From contig NC_068999.1 in NCBI RefSeq assembly GCF_001194135.2, positions 12,106,198-12,155,839 on the forward strand: a stretch of DNA of 49,642 bases, given 5' to 3'. Numbering within the stretch: the stretch's first letter is position 1; every line of letters begins with the position of its first letter. Position numbers and translations under genes: made by a program. The notes under the pieces are model-generated. The model saw only the letters and a program-made list of their open reading frames with translations, was not told the origin of the DNA and made no database searches. Source of the stretch: Octopus bimaculoides (Eukaryota). Positions 1 to 13,355 of this stretch are shown here, piece by piece.

Positions 1-403
1 TATACATATATACGATGGGTTTCTTTCAGTTTCCGTCTACCAAATCCACTCACAACGCTTTGGTCGGCCTGAGGCTATAGTAGAAGACACTTACGCAAGG
101 TGCCACGCAGTGGGACTGAACCCGGAACCATGTGGTTGGTAAGCAAGCTACTTACCACACAGCCACTCCTGTGCCTATTTGATAGCATTAATAATAAGCG
201 AGCTGGTGGAATTGCTAAGCACATCGGACTAAACGCTTGGTCACATTTCGTCTGTTTCTACGTTCTGAGTTCAAATTCAACCGGGGTTGACTTTGCCACT
301 CATCTTTCTGAGGGCGATGAAATAAGTACCAGTCAAGTACTGGGGTCCATGTAATCGATCATTCCCCAACCCCACGAACTAACTGGCCTTGTATCAAAAT
401 ATG

Positions 404-405
404 AA

Positions 406-473
<68 letters not shown>
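404..473. repeat. (ATT)n microsatellite
   Basis: Perfect trinucleotide run. Confidence 0.95.
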
Positions 474-949
474 TACTAACTCGGCATTTCGCCCGTTTTT
501 ACGCTCTGAGTTCAAATCCCACCAAGGTCGACTTTGCTTTTTATCCTTTCTGACTTGATAAAATCAACACCAGTCGCTGAAATCAACTACCCCCTCCTCC
601 TCTAAATTTCAGGCCTTCTGCCTATACCAGAGAGAATTAATATATCCATGCTTCTACACAGGCATATTAACTACACCTCCATTTTGAGCAGCACATATTT
701 AGGAAAAAGTGAATGCCAGGGACAATATTAGCTTAGGGCAGGCATAATTTTGACTACAGGATCCAGAACGATTCTTTGAGGTGTTTTTTTTTTGTTTCTA
801 AAAATGTACGTCATATGCATTTAAATATGGTATTTAAAACTTTTTCGCCTTCACCCAGTTCATTTCATTTAAAGTAGCTGGCTGTCAAGCACTGAGGGCA
901 ATGGCTTTGGTTCTGTGCTCTCTAATCAGTTTGTGCTAGTCACGAGGCC

Positions 950-1068
950 AGACATTACTGAAAGTTTCATCCGAATCCATCCAGCGGTTCTTGAGATATC
1001 TTGTCCACGAGCAAACAAACAAACACAACTGAAAAACAATACCTCTGCCTAAGCGAAGGTGGAGGTAA
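950..1068 (+). mobile_element. Putative Helentron-associated (DINE-1/HINE-like) non-autonomous element, 3' part
   Basis: Core aaagtttcatccgaatccatccagcggttcttgagatat, then an (AAAC)n run, then a terminal 11-bp stem-loop TACCTCTGCCT-AAGCGA-AGGTGGAGGTA. The family is assigned from architecture only. Confidence 0.5.
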
Positions 1069-2283
1069 TAATGATAATCCTTTCTTCTATAGGCACATGG
1101 CCTGAAATTTTGGGGGAAGGCTGCATAACTATTTCATTGACCCCAGTGCTCAACAGGTATTTATTTCATCGGCTTCAAAAATGGATAAAAGGTGAAGTCG
1201 ACCATGGCAGAATTTGAACTCAGAATGTAGAGATGAACAAATTGCCACTAAGCATTTCAGTCCAGTGTGGTAACAACTCTGACAGCTTGCCTTAAAAACA
1301 ACAGCAGAAGCTGCAACAAGGACAACAGCAATAACAACAACCACAAAAATGCCCTGATGCAACACCAAGCAGTGGCTCTCATGCACATGTCTGGTCTTGG
1401 CCACATATTCTGCTCAGTACCACAGATTTGCTAGTCAGCTTCTTGAACTTAACCAACTGAGCATGTCACTTGGTGGCTGACGATATGGGCATCTCTGATC
1501 ATGAGCAGAAGTAGTGGGGGAACATCGTAGCCACGTATCGAGAGGAATTCTTTGGAGTTTGAATAACTCGTCTCTGGAAACATGGGGGTTTTGTTCATCA
1601 TCCTGAAACAAACCTTATTCAGTGACCTTCTGAACAAGATGAACTTCTCAACCTGAAGAAACTTCTAAGCGGGACCCACCCGCAAGGTCATGTACTGTTT
1701 GTCTCAATATTAGATCACCAGGTCGCGCACATATGGTTGTGCTGCATGTACCTGGTGTACCCTTGTCAGATGGGTACACCAATCTTGATGGGTGTGCTTG
1801 GCTTTGTATATTTGTGTCGCACTGTCACTTTGATGGTGTGTGCTGCTCTCTCACACAATAATGATAATAAAACACATGTACGCACATATAAATACACAAA
1901 GACACATGCAAACAAACACACACACGCACATAGAGGTTTGTGCGTGTGTGTGTCTTTATGACTTCGAAAGCTTTTATAAGAAAAGAGATATGAAATGATA
2001 TATGACTGGGTACACAAACAATCACTCACGCGAACACACACATACACACGTTCAAGTGAAAACGCAAGTGCAGAAAACTGTAAATTCATATATACATGCA
2101 CACAGACACACATACAAGGACATACGCAAAAACATACACATGCATAAAACACATATATTTGCACATTTATACATGTGTGCATGTACACACACACACATAT
2201 ATACACATACGTGCATAATTATATAAATACATTTATATCCACAAATAAACAAAGAGGAATAAACGTATATCCACACACATGTG

Positions 2284-2315
<32 letters not shown>

Positions 2316-2879
2316 TACATACATAAGGAGATANNNNNNNNNNNNNNNNNNNNNNNNNNNNNNNNNNNNNNNNNNNNNNNNNNNNNNNNNNNNNNNNNNN
2401 NNNNNNNNNNNNNNNNNNNNNNNNNNNNNNNNNNNNNNNNNNNNNNNNNNNNNNNNNNNNNNNNNNNNNNNNNNNNNNNNNNNNNNNNNNNNNNNNNNNN
2501 NNNNNNNNNNNNNNNNNNNNNNNNNNNNNNNNNNNNNNNNNNNNNNNNNNNNNNNNNNNNNNNNNNNNNNNNNNNNNNNNNNNNNNNNNNNNNNNNNNNN
2601 NNNNNNNNNNNNNNNNNNNNNNNNNNNNNNNNNNNNNNNNNNNNNNNNNNNNNNNNNNNNNNNNNNNNNNNNNNNNNNNNNNNNNNNNNNNNNNNNNNNN
2701 NNNNNNNNNNNNNNNNNNNNNNNNNNNNNNNNNNNNNNNNNNNNNNNNNNNNNNNNNNNNNNNNNNNNNNNNNNNNNNNNNNNNNNNNNNNNNNNNNNNN
2801 NNNNNNNNNNNNNNNNNNNNNNNNNNNNNNNNNNNNNNNNNNNNNNNNNNNNNNNNNNNNNNNNNNNNNNNNNNNNNNN

Positions 2880-3338
2880 AAGTTGAAGAAGAAGAAGAAG
2901 AAGAAGAAGAAGAAGAAGAAAGAGAAGAAAAAGAAGAAAAAGACAACAGAGAAGAAGAAGAAGAATGAAGAAAAAGAAGAAGAAAGAAAAGAAGAAAGAA
3001 AAGAAAAAGAAGAAGAAGAAGAAGAAAGAGGAGAAAAAGAAGAAAAAGACGACAACAGAGAAGAAAGAGAAGAAGAAGAAGAATGAAGAAAAAGAAGAAG
3101 AAAGAAAAGAAAGAGAACAAGAAGAAGAAGAAGAAGTGGAGGATGAGGAAGAGGAAAATGAAGAAGAAAAGAATAAGTGGAGGAGAAGGAAGAAGTGAAG
3201 GAGGAGGAGGGTAAGAAGGAGGGGAGAAGTGGAGGATGAGGAAGAAGTGAAGAAGAGGTGAAGGAGGAGGAGAAGTAGTAGAAGAAGAAGAAGGAGGAGG
3301 ACAAGAAGAAGAAGAAGAAGAAGAAGAAGAAGAAGAAA
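2880..3338. repeat. (GAA/GAG)n-rich polypurine low-complexity tract
   Basis: Almost pure A/G on the plus strand; abuts a gap. Confidence 0.95.
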
Positions 3339-3564
3339 GGTATTCCATTGTCAACTGCCATAGCATATGAGCAGTATGTGGGGAAGATTCTGCAGACAGA
3401 TGTCTTCCGGCACACGCACACGCACACACACAACACTCATATACTTACATGCTTATACATACACATATATACACACATCTGTCTTACCTCTGACTAGGTA
3501 GACGTATACATGCACATACCTGAGCATAAGGACGTAAACACTTCCAGCACATAACCACACATAT

Positions 3565-3597
<33 letters not shown>

Positions 3598-3959
3598 CAT
3601 ACATAGATATATACATTAGTATATGTGTGTGTGTGTACGTGTGTGTGTGTATGTAGAAACAAGCTGATGAGAACAACATCAACAACAACAAAAAAAAAAA
3701 CAGTCAACAGTGAGTCTGCAGAGAGGACAATAATGAGATAAAACACCAAGAAAAAAAAAACAGAAGCAAAATACAACAAATACACAAACAAAATATGTAA
3801 AAAACCCCCCCAAAAAACCAAAAAAAAAACCAACACAAAAGAAAACGAATGACTTTCCTCTACTACCACCACCACCACTACTAACTACTACTACTACTAC
3901 ATTAGTGTTGTCATCCATGGGGCATGTAATGGGATGAACCAATAAGAACACCTTGAAAG

Positions 3960-4390
3960 ACAACTGTGTCATCATCGTTTTCATCATCATTATCAACATC
4001 ATCACAATTGTCATCATCATCATCATCATGACAACAAGCATCACTACCATCACCACCACCACCACTTGACTTCTTCTTCTTCCACCCCCTCCTCCTCCTC
4101 ATTTCACTGATTGCGTCATCCACACTAATTCAGTGTCATTGTCTTTTGTCTTCACCCTTATCAATGCTGTCATTTTCACCATTATCAACTCTGCTATCAT
4201 CATCACCATCACCATCACCATCATCATCATCATCATCACCACCACCACATACACATATCATCACCATCATCATCATCATCATCACCACCACCACCACCTA
4301 CACACACATACCACCACCACACATATCATCATCATCATCGTCATAATAATAATAATAATAATAATAATGATAATCATCATCATCATCATC
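3960..4390. repeat. (CAT/CAC)n low-complexity tract
   Basis: Direct inspection. Confidence 0.9.
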
Positions 4391-4936
4391 TAACATCCAT
4401 TTTCCATGCTAGCATGGGTTGGATGGTTTGACACGGAGCTGACCAGCCGGGTAGCCTGTCCCAAACTCCAATTGTCTGTTGTGGGCATGGTTTCCATGGC
4501 TGCATGCCCATCCTAACACCAACCACTTTACAGAGCGTGCTGGATGCGCTTTGTACGTGCCACTGGCACAGGTGACTTTGCATGGCACTGACACTTATGA
4601 AGGACAAGCCTGTATTTATGGACGACAGTGATTTTACTCAACTCTGTCTTTAAGGGGTTTTGTTCTCATGAAAGAAATATTCTGGTTTTGGTTAATGGAG
4701 AAAAACAGTGTGTTTAGGGGGCATGTGGCTCAGAAGTTAGAGTATTTGGCCCATGATCATAAGGTGGTGAGAGTTTGTTTCCAGTGCCACACTGTGTCCT
4801 TGCGCAAGGCACTTTTTATTTCATGTTACTTCAGTCTACTCAGCTAGCAAAAATGAGTTGCACTGGCATTTCGAAGGGCTAGCCATGTCACATTCTGTAT
4901 TACGATGAACCTCCCTGAGAACTACGTTAAGAGAAT

Positions 4937-5255
4937 ATGACCAAAGACTGCGTGTACTCCATCCCATGCAGATGTGGTAGGTTATGCAAAGGCGAAACAT
5001 GCTGCCCCCTTCAAAATAAGGGTAGACGAACATCACAAAGCTGTGACACGAGGAGATATTGATAAATCTGGTATAGCTAATAATGTTTGGAAAAATGGAA
5101 ACCACCTCCCCCTGTGGGATGAAGTTAAAATAATAGACAGAGAACACCACTGGAAAATACGAAAACTAAAAGAAGCAGCCAATATGCTAGGACACAACAA
5201 CCTCCTAAGCAGACCGAGTGCAGCTATGAGCAGCATATGGAAACTGGTATTAAGG
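4937..5255 (+). mobile_element. Decayed Penelope-like element, GIY-YIG endonuclease fragment
   Basis: MTKDCVYSIPCRCGRLCKGET, then a +1 frameshift in a C-run near 5005, then KIRVDEHHKAVTRGDIDKSGIANNVWKNGNHLPLWDEVKIIDREHHWKIRKLKEAANM...SSIW. This follows the PLE endonuclease pattern VY-IPC-CG-YxGET-R-xEH-KS-IA-H-W-KI-D-E-R-xKEA. Confidence 0.85.
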
Positions 5256-5669
5256 AAGGATAGACACATACACACACACACAGAGGCACACACTCAAATA
5301 CATATACACCCATGCAATCTGGATATCACACATACACACATCTACACACACACACACACACATATACATACATTGACTCACTCTCAAACATAAGGACTCA
5401 CATATATGTTGCATTCACATACACACACCGACACCCAAGCATACACAATAAGTTTGTACATCTGTTTGAATGTGTGTGTGTATGTGCATAGGGAAAGGCA
5501 CCACATATGCATGTCTGTATGTTCGAGAGCAAGTCTATATAAGCATGTGTGTGTGTGTGTGTGTGAGTGATATACAAATGTGTGTATATGTGTGAATGAG
5601 TCAGTGTTCATGAATGCTTCATATATATATATGTGTGTGTGTGTGCGTTTGTGTGTGCATATACATATA

Positions 5670-5707
<38 letters not shown>

Positions 5708-7007
5708 AACACACATACACACAAATATACTTGTGTGTGTGTGCATGTGTGTTTTGTGTGTGTATGCGTGTGTGTATGTGTGTGTGTTTAGTTTTCATGG
5801 GAGTGGGTGGTTTTAGGTAAATGGTTAGGAGGTGGGTGGGGGCTTACTATNNNNNNNNNNNNNNNNNNNNNNNNNNNNNNNNNNNNNNNNNNNNNNNNNN
5901 NNNNNNNNNNNNNNNNNNNNNNNNNNNNNNNNNNNNNNNNNNNNNNNNNNNNNNNNNNNNNNNNNNNNNNNNNNNNNNNNNNNNNNNNNNNNNNNNNNNN
6001 NNNNNNNNNNNNNNNNNNNNNNNNNNNNNNNNNNNNNNNNNNNNNNNNNNNNNNNNNNNNNNNNNNNNNNNNNNNNNNNNNNNNNNNNNNNNNNNNNNNN
6101 NNNNNNNNNNNNNNNNNNNNNNNNNNNNNNNNNNNNNNNNNNNNNNNNNNNNNNNNNNNNNNNNNNNNNNNNNNNNNNNNNNNNNNNNNNNNNNNNNNNG
6201 GTGGTTATAGTTGGGGGGGGGGCAGATGGTACTGATGAGGTGAGGATGTGTGGGGGGTGGGGCAGGACAGAGGAGAAAGGGATGGGGTTGTATAATAGTG
6301 GTGACAAAGATTGTGATGATGGTAGTGGTTCCATTGGTAGTATTGATGGTGGCGGTGGTGATGTTGATGGAGATGATGGAGGTGGATGTTGGTGGTGGTG
6401 GTGGTGGTGGATGTTGTTGGGGTAGGGTATATTGATGAGATGGAGATGGAAAACATACAGAGTGATTAGTTTTCATAGTAGTAGTAGTAGTAGTAGTGGA
6501 GTGGTGGTGGTGGTGGTTATAAACATCATCATTGTCATCCTCCTCATCATCATCATCATCACCAACATCGTCATCATCACCATCATCATCAACATCACCA
6601 TCATTTAATGTCTGCCGGCACCAGACTCCTGTGACTGTTTTGGCACAGTTTTCACAGTTGGACGCCCCTACCTAACACGGTGGTCATTATTCTATCGGTC
6701 TCTTTTCCTAAACTGCTAAGCGACGGGGACGTAAACAAACCAACGGTGGTTATGAAGGTGGAAAAAAAACAAACACACACACACACACACACACATGCGC
6801 ACTTACACACACCCACACGTACATACATAGATATATTCACAACTCACAGGCGACCCCCAGTTTCTGTCAGTCAAATCCACTCACAAGGCTTTAATCAACC
6901 AAGGACTGTTGCAGAAGACACTTGCCCAACGTGCCACATAATGGCACATGTATAGGGTTTAATGTATCAACAAGAAAATACTGTAAGAATCCTACATGAG
7001 AGGTTTT

Positions 7008-7366
7008 CTTTCTTTTATTCTTTTACATGTTTCAGACATTTGACTATGGTCCTGCTGGAGCACTGCCCCCAAGACTTATTCTGTGTAAGCCTAGTACTCA
7101 TTTTATCGGTTACTTTTGCCGTACTGCTAAGTTACGGGGACATAGACACACCAACATCAGTTGTCAAGTGATGGTGTGGGGACAAACACAGATACAAAAA
7201 AAAAAACACAGAAATACAGTTTCCGTCTACCAAAATCCACTTACGAGGAATTCGATGGCCTGAGGCTATAGTTGAAGACACTTGCCCAAGGTGTCATGCA
7301 GTGGGACTGAACCCAGAGCCATGTGGTTGGGAAGCAAGCTACTTACCACACAGCCATGTCTGCGCC
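7008..7366 (-). mobile_element. SINE family A, near-full copy about 50 bp downstream of the MPDU1 exon 3 donor
   Basis: Reverse complement of the family A head and tail seen at 34348 and 42182. Confidence 0.85.
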
Positions 7367-7418
7367 TATATGTGTGTGGATACTGGATGGAAATGTTCTG
7401 AATCTAACTCCAGCTTAC

Positions 7419-7551
7419 CTGAATGGGAATTTTGAAGCATATCCGTAGCAGACAGAAGCACTCATGGCTCCTAGCTCCAGGGTGACACTAAATAAATTAA
7501 TTCCTGTACCACTCTTGGACTTGATAATCTTGAAGATCTGAGGTAGTTTCA
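7419..7551 (-). CDS. MPDU1: MPDU1 coding exon 3 (first PQ-loop)
   Basis: tttctttcag|TG AAA CTA CCT CAG...CCA TTC AG|gtaagc; 133 nt; (V)KLPQIFKIIKSKSGTGINLFSVTLELGAMSASVCYGYASKFPF(S), with the VKLPQ PQ-loop motif and the FPFS end typical of MPDU1. Confidence 0.96.
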
Positions 7552-10181
7552 CTGAAAGAAAGCAAAATGAAACAGAATATCAAATAGAGGGATTCATAAT
7601 TTTTCTATTTCAGGACAGTCATAAGTAACAGTTGCGCACTGGGGTTGATTTAATCGACTGAGCCCCCTTCCCTGAAAATTTCAGGCATTGCGCCTAGAGT
7701 AGAAAGGAATATATACTTGGTAAATATTGTGATGACTCTGGAAGTTTGACAAAAAAAAAAAAAAATGTTGAGATAAGGAGGATTTGAACTTGGGTTGAGA
7801 GGGGGACAAAAGTCAATACTGCAATGCACTGACCTCAATGCTTAACCAGTACTAATTTCATCAATCCCCAAACGGATGAAAGGCAAAGTCAACCTTGGCA
7901 GAATTTGAACTCAGAATATATAGACTGGCGAAATGCTACCAGATATTTGGTCAGGCATGTTCACAATCTCACCAGCTTGGTGCCTAATCACAGCAATAAG
8001 AATGATTTCTAGAGTAAAGAGAAGACCACAACATCTGGAAGAAAGAAATGGGTATAGCACTTGGCCCAGGTTTCTGGTTTGAGAATAACTACCTTCCACT
8101 AAAAAAAGATAAATAAATACATATAGGGTTGAAGGTACTCCTCTTCACACCTTTATCAATCAGTAATAAAGGTACACGAAACATAATTATCCTATGTGAA
8201 AACCTAAGACTATATAATCCTATACAATTATTATTTTTAAGACTGTGGTGTGTATTGACGGAGATCTTGCTGTTGTTTCTAGCAAAGTCAAACAACACCA
8301 CAGAGGCCCGCAACGTTATCTCAGTGTAGCTAGGCATTTAGGTCAGCTGAAGTAATATAAGCTATCAATTTGTGTATCAGAGCATGTGTTAATTAAAAAA
8401 GACTGGCTCACAGTTCATGCTCTGTTAGATGTCTTTCTCAGGTGGAGCCACACAAGCAAATGTTAACATTTGTGTAATTATCTATTCATGTGATAATTAT
8501 AAACCAAGAAAAAAAAAAGCAAAAATGAGAGGGGGTAGGGAACAGTGAGAGAGATCATCGTTGCCATAAAAGTCTTAAGTGAAATACTAATCTTTCCTTC
8601 CCCACCATAAAACCATGAATGCACCCCCTGGTGACTTCTCTGATAAGCATATACAGTTTTCCATGGAGTCTTCAAGGGAGTACACCTGTTGTTTCCCCCC
8701 TTGCTTTCTTAGCCATTTTTTAAAAATATATTTTTATTTTATACAAGATATCACCTTGTCGCATACCAACCACATGGTCTCGGGTTCAGCTATAGCCTCG
8801 GGTCGACCAAAGCCTTGTGAGTGGATTTGGTAGACGTTAACAAAAACAAACCTGTCATATATATGTGTGTGTGTGTGTGTGTGTGTNNNNNNNNNNNNNN
8901 NNNNNNNNNNNNNNNNNNNNNNNNNNNNNNNNNNNNNNNNNNNNNNNNNNNNNNNNNNNNNNNNNNNNNNNNNNNNNNNNNNNNNNNNNNNNNNNNNNNN
9001 NNNNNNNNNNNNNNNNNNNNNNNNNNNNNNNNNNNNNNNNNNNNNNNNNNNNNNNNNNNNNNNNNNNNNNNNNNNNNNNNNNNNNNNNNNNNNNNNNNNN
9101 NNNNNNNNNNNNNNNNNNNNNNNNNNNNNNNNNNNNNNNNNNNNNNNNNNNNNNNNNNNNNNNNNNNNNNNNNNNNNNNNNNNNNNNNNNNNNNNNNNNN
9201 NNNNNNNNNNNNNNNNNNNNNNNNNNNNNNNNNNNNNNNNNNNNNNNNNNNNNNNNNNNNNNNNNNNNNNNNNNNNNNNNNNNNNNNNNNNNNNNNNNNN
9301 NNNNNNNNNNNNNNNNNNNNNNGGGGGGGGGCAGTTGATTAGATCAACCCCAGTATGCAGCTGGTATTTAATTTATCAACCCTGGAAGGATGAAAGGCAA
9401 AGTCGACCTCGGCGGAATTTGAACTTAGAACGAAAAGACAGACGAAATACAGCTAAGCATTTTGCCCAGCATGCTAACGTTTCTTATTTCTTTGTTGCCC
9501 ACAAGGAGCTAAACATAGAGGGTACAAACAAGGACAGACAAAGGGATTAAGTCGATTACATCGAGCCCAGTGCGTAACTGGTACTTAATTTATCGACCCC
9601 GAATGGATGAAAGGCAAAGTCGACCTTGGCGTGCTAACGTTTCTGCCAGTTTGCCGCCTTCCACTTCCCTCAAATATTGAAACCATTATTATTGTTGTTG
9701 TCATTGTTGTCCTTGCTGACGCTGTTGATGCCAACTATTATATTTGGTATTTTATTAAAGGCAGCAAGCTGGCCGAATTATTAGCACACTGGACAAAGCG
9801 TTTGGCAGCATTTTGTCCTTCTTTATATCCTGGGTCCAAATTCCACTGAGGTTAACTCTGAAGAATTAAATCCCAGTTGTATACTGGAGTCCATGCAATT
9901 CACATGCCCCCTCTCACATGAATTTCAGACCTTGTGCCTGTAATAGAAATTAGTTTATTAAAGCATTTGATTTTAATTTATTTAAACTTTTTCATATTTT
10001 TACCCTGTTTTTTTTTTTCTTGCTTATCTGTCCCATGCATGTGTGCGTGAGCACACATGCATGATGTATACATATACATATTCAGGTGTATATATACAGT
10101 CTTTATGTTCTGCTAATGATATTGCCGGCTCGCTGCCTTGTGGCGGAAGTAAAATGATGAAAGAATAAGATTGATACTCAC

Positions 10182-10247
10182 CCAACACAGAACCAATGAT
10201 GATACCAAAGCTGAATATTTTACTGATGGTCAGCTTCACACAGTCAA
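10182..10247 (-). CDS. MPDU1: MPDU1 coding exon 2
   Basis: ttacag|TT GAC TGT...TTG G|gtgagt; 66 nt; (I)DCVKLTISKIFSFGIIIGSVL, matching the MPDU1 segment C-x-K-x-x-x-SK-x-x-x-x-GI-x-x-GS; phases 1/1. Confidence 0.95.
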
Positions 10248-12521
10248 CTGTAATTGAGAGAAAGAGACGAAAATAATTAACACCATTCGAATCATTTTTG
10301 GATGGTAAATTGATAGAGGCATTACAACCTTGGATAGAATGCCTTGTGGTATTTTGTCTGGCTCTCTACCCACTGAGATCAAATCCCTCCAGAGTTGCTA
10401 AATAAATACTTGTCAGCAAATGAAAAGTTCAAGCTTTCTGCTTCTATATCTTCCACTCCATCTTTCATTCTTTCTCTTTCTTTCTTTCTTTCTTTCTCTA
10501 TATGTGTTTTTCTCATGCTCTCTCTTTCTCCTTTTCTTTCTTTCTCAATCTGTATTTATCTCATGGCCATGTTCTTGCTCAATTTCTTAGCATCTCTCTC
10601 TCTCTCTCTCTTACATTATACTTTTCTCATCTCTCTCTCTCTTTCTGTTACTTTACACTTTTCACTTCTCTCCCCCTCTGTCTCTCTTCTGCTTGCTCAT
10701 AAAATCACCAATGTTACACCATACGAAATATCATGGGAAATGAATCACTGCCTCCCATCCTTCAGAAATGATGAAAGGTTGAGCATAATACCAGCAAATC
10801 TGTAACACTAGAGAAACAGATAGGTTGCAAAGAACTGGACATTGACAGATCCAGCAGAGAACAGTCCAGCATATACAGGAAAAAACGTAAAGAAGAAAAG
10901 TATATGAAATCAATGCTATTAAAATTGTCATGTCGCTATAGTTACTTGGACGAGGGCCAGAAACACTGGTACCATTTGTTATTTCTAAACATATTTATGA
11001 TAAAAAGATTGCTTCAAGAAGGATTTGAATGTATAACCGAAAGGAATGAATACTTTATGATTCAACAAAGGCAGTTTTATGTGAACTACAAAACGAAAAT
11101 GATGACAAAAATGACAAACAGTAAAAACGAGAACACTCAAATAGTCAAGGCAATGATTAACTTTAAAACTGCTCAAAAACCATGGGAAACAACTCTGACA
11201 CAAGGGAAGCAACTCTTTGATAACTAACGATTTGCGAATTAACGGTAGTCTTCGCAAATAATCACTTTCTTTCTCTTTCTCTCTCTCACATGCACATACG
11301 CACCCACTCTCAAACAGATGCATTTAAACTCGTATAATACATCAAAAACCATTAAATTGTATCTTCCTTCGTTGGTACACACATACATATCTTTTTTTCT
11401 CTTTGTTTCTCTCCTTATTTCTTTCTGTGTTCCTTTCAGTTGAAGAGCTTAAGCCCGAAACGTTAAAGACTTTCTCTATTCCCGAGCGTTAAACTAATAC
11501 ATCCATTTGTTGTTTAGACCACCTGTCTTCATCTGTTGTTTTTTTCGTAAATTCTCCCATAAATGTGTGTATAGATGTATGTGTGTGTGTGNNNNNNNNN
11601 NNNNNNNNNNNNNNNNNNNNNNNNNNNNNNNNNNNNNNNNNNNNNNNNNNNNNNNNNNNNNNNNNNNNNNNNNNNNNNNNNNNNNNNNNNNNNNNNNNNN
11701 NNNNNNNNNNNNNNNNNNNNNNNNNNNNNNNNNNNNNNNNNNNNNNNNNNNNNNNNNNNNNNNNNNNNNNNNNNNNNNNNNNNNNNNNNNNNNNNNNNNN
11801 NNNNNNNNNNNNNNNNNNNNNNNNNNNNNNNNNNNNNNNNNNNNNNNNNNNNNNNNNNNNNNNNNNNNNNNNNNNNNNNNNNNNNNNNNNNNNNNNNNNN
11901 NNNNNNNNNNNNNNNNNNNNNNNNNNNNNNNNNNNNNNNNNNNNNNNNNNNNNNNNNNNNNNNNNNNNNNNNNNNNNNNNNNNNNNNNNNNNNNNNNNNN
12001 NNNNNNNNNNNNNNNNNNNNNNNNNNNNNNNNNNNNNNNNNNNNNNNNNNNNNNNNNNNNNNNNNNNNNNNNNNNNNNNNNNNNNNNNNNNNNNNNNNNN
12101 NNNNNNNNNNNNNNNNNNNNNNNNNNNNNNNNNNNNNNNNNNNNNNNNNNNNNNNNNNNNNNNNNNNNNNNNNNNNNNNNNNNNNNNNNNNNNNNNNNNN
12201 NNNNNNNNNNNNNNNNNNNNNNNNNNNNNNNNNNNNNNNNNNNNNNNNNNNNNNNNNNNNNNNNNNNNNNNNNNNNNNNNNNNNNNNNNNNNNNNNNNNN
12301 NNNNNNNNNNNNNNNNNNNNNNNNNNNNNNNNNNNNNNNNNNNNNNNNNNNNNNNNNNNNNNNNNNNNNNNNNNNNNNNNNNNNNNNNNNNNNNNNNNNN
12401 NNNNNNNNNNNNNNNNNNNNNNNNNNNNNNNNNNNNNNNNNNNNNNNNNNNNNNNNNNNNNNNNNNNNNNNNNNNNNNNNNNNNNNNNNNNNNNNNNNNN
12501 NNNNNNNNNNNNNNNNNNNNN

Positions 12522-12814
12522 TGAGAGAGAGGTCAATGAACACACCCATAACACCAAAGATTATATGAAAGTTGCCATGTTTGGAGAAGTGTCCAAAATG
12601 AACCAGGACCACTTGATTCGAGCATGTAGATGATTTCGATCTCATATAGAAGCAGTTGTTGAAGCTGAAGGTGGCTTTATTGAATAACATTATAGAAAAG
12701 AAGTTTTATTTTTATCCTTCTAGCCTTTTTTGATAAATAAATTTATCATCTGTTATTATATATCTGTTTTCTTTTATAAACATAAATCTGTCCTCAAATA
12801 TCTTATGCACCCTG
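12522..12814 (+). mobile_element. 3' end of a Tc1/mariner-superfamily transposon (DD37D/maT-like C-terminus); the 5' part lies in the gap
   Basis: HNTKDYMKVAMFGEVSKMNQDHLIRACR*FRSHIEAVVEAEGGFIE* resembles a transposase C-terminus. It is followed by a gcaccctg end plus TA at 12807-12816. Confidence 0.75.
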
Positions 12815-13355
12815 TACATATACAGACGCTCACAGTAGCACACAGTGTCTTTCAGTCGGAGTGACCAATACATTATCCCATGCCTGAAATACACACCATT
12901 CTATAATATCACATGGAATGACAAGGGAATCATCAGGGTGAAAAGATGATACCGAAGAGTGTCAGGAAGTGGTAAAGGCAAAGAGACACCAGGAAACAGC
13001 TGGGATGACCGCAGCTCAACTCCAAGTTAAGAGAATCTTGGAAATAAGAAGGAGAGAACGAGAGACTGAAAAGAATAGGAATGTATGTCTCTGGGATGTG
13101 AGACAAAGATCAAATAGCAGAAACTTAGATCGCAATGGAACAAGAATGATCGCACAAGAAATGCATGAGAATCTAATCACAGCAAATATCAATATTGGTA
13201 CCTTAACAAATGAAATTCTCATGGTTCCTAGAATTGATACTCAATACATTACAGAATGAAGTTGTACCTGTTCAGTAGACCCAGTTCCTGATAAAGTCAG
13301 GTTTTGCAATGACTACACATAAACCCCCAAAAGAGACAACACAGAATGTCTTTAA

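Noticed and set aside
1450-1800. Complex-looking non-microsatellite segment
   Set aside because: Probably a high-copy interspersed repeat, but there is no second copy in the window and no coding or terminal signature to support a call.
12969-13259. 96-aa ORF with faint resemblance to a LINE endonuclease start (NIGTL)
   Set aside because: Only a few residues match; not enough to call.
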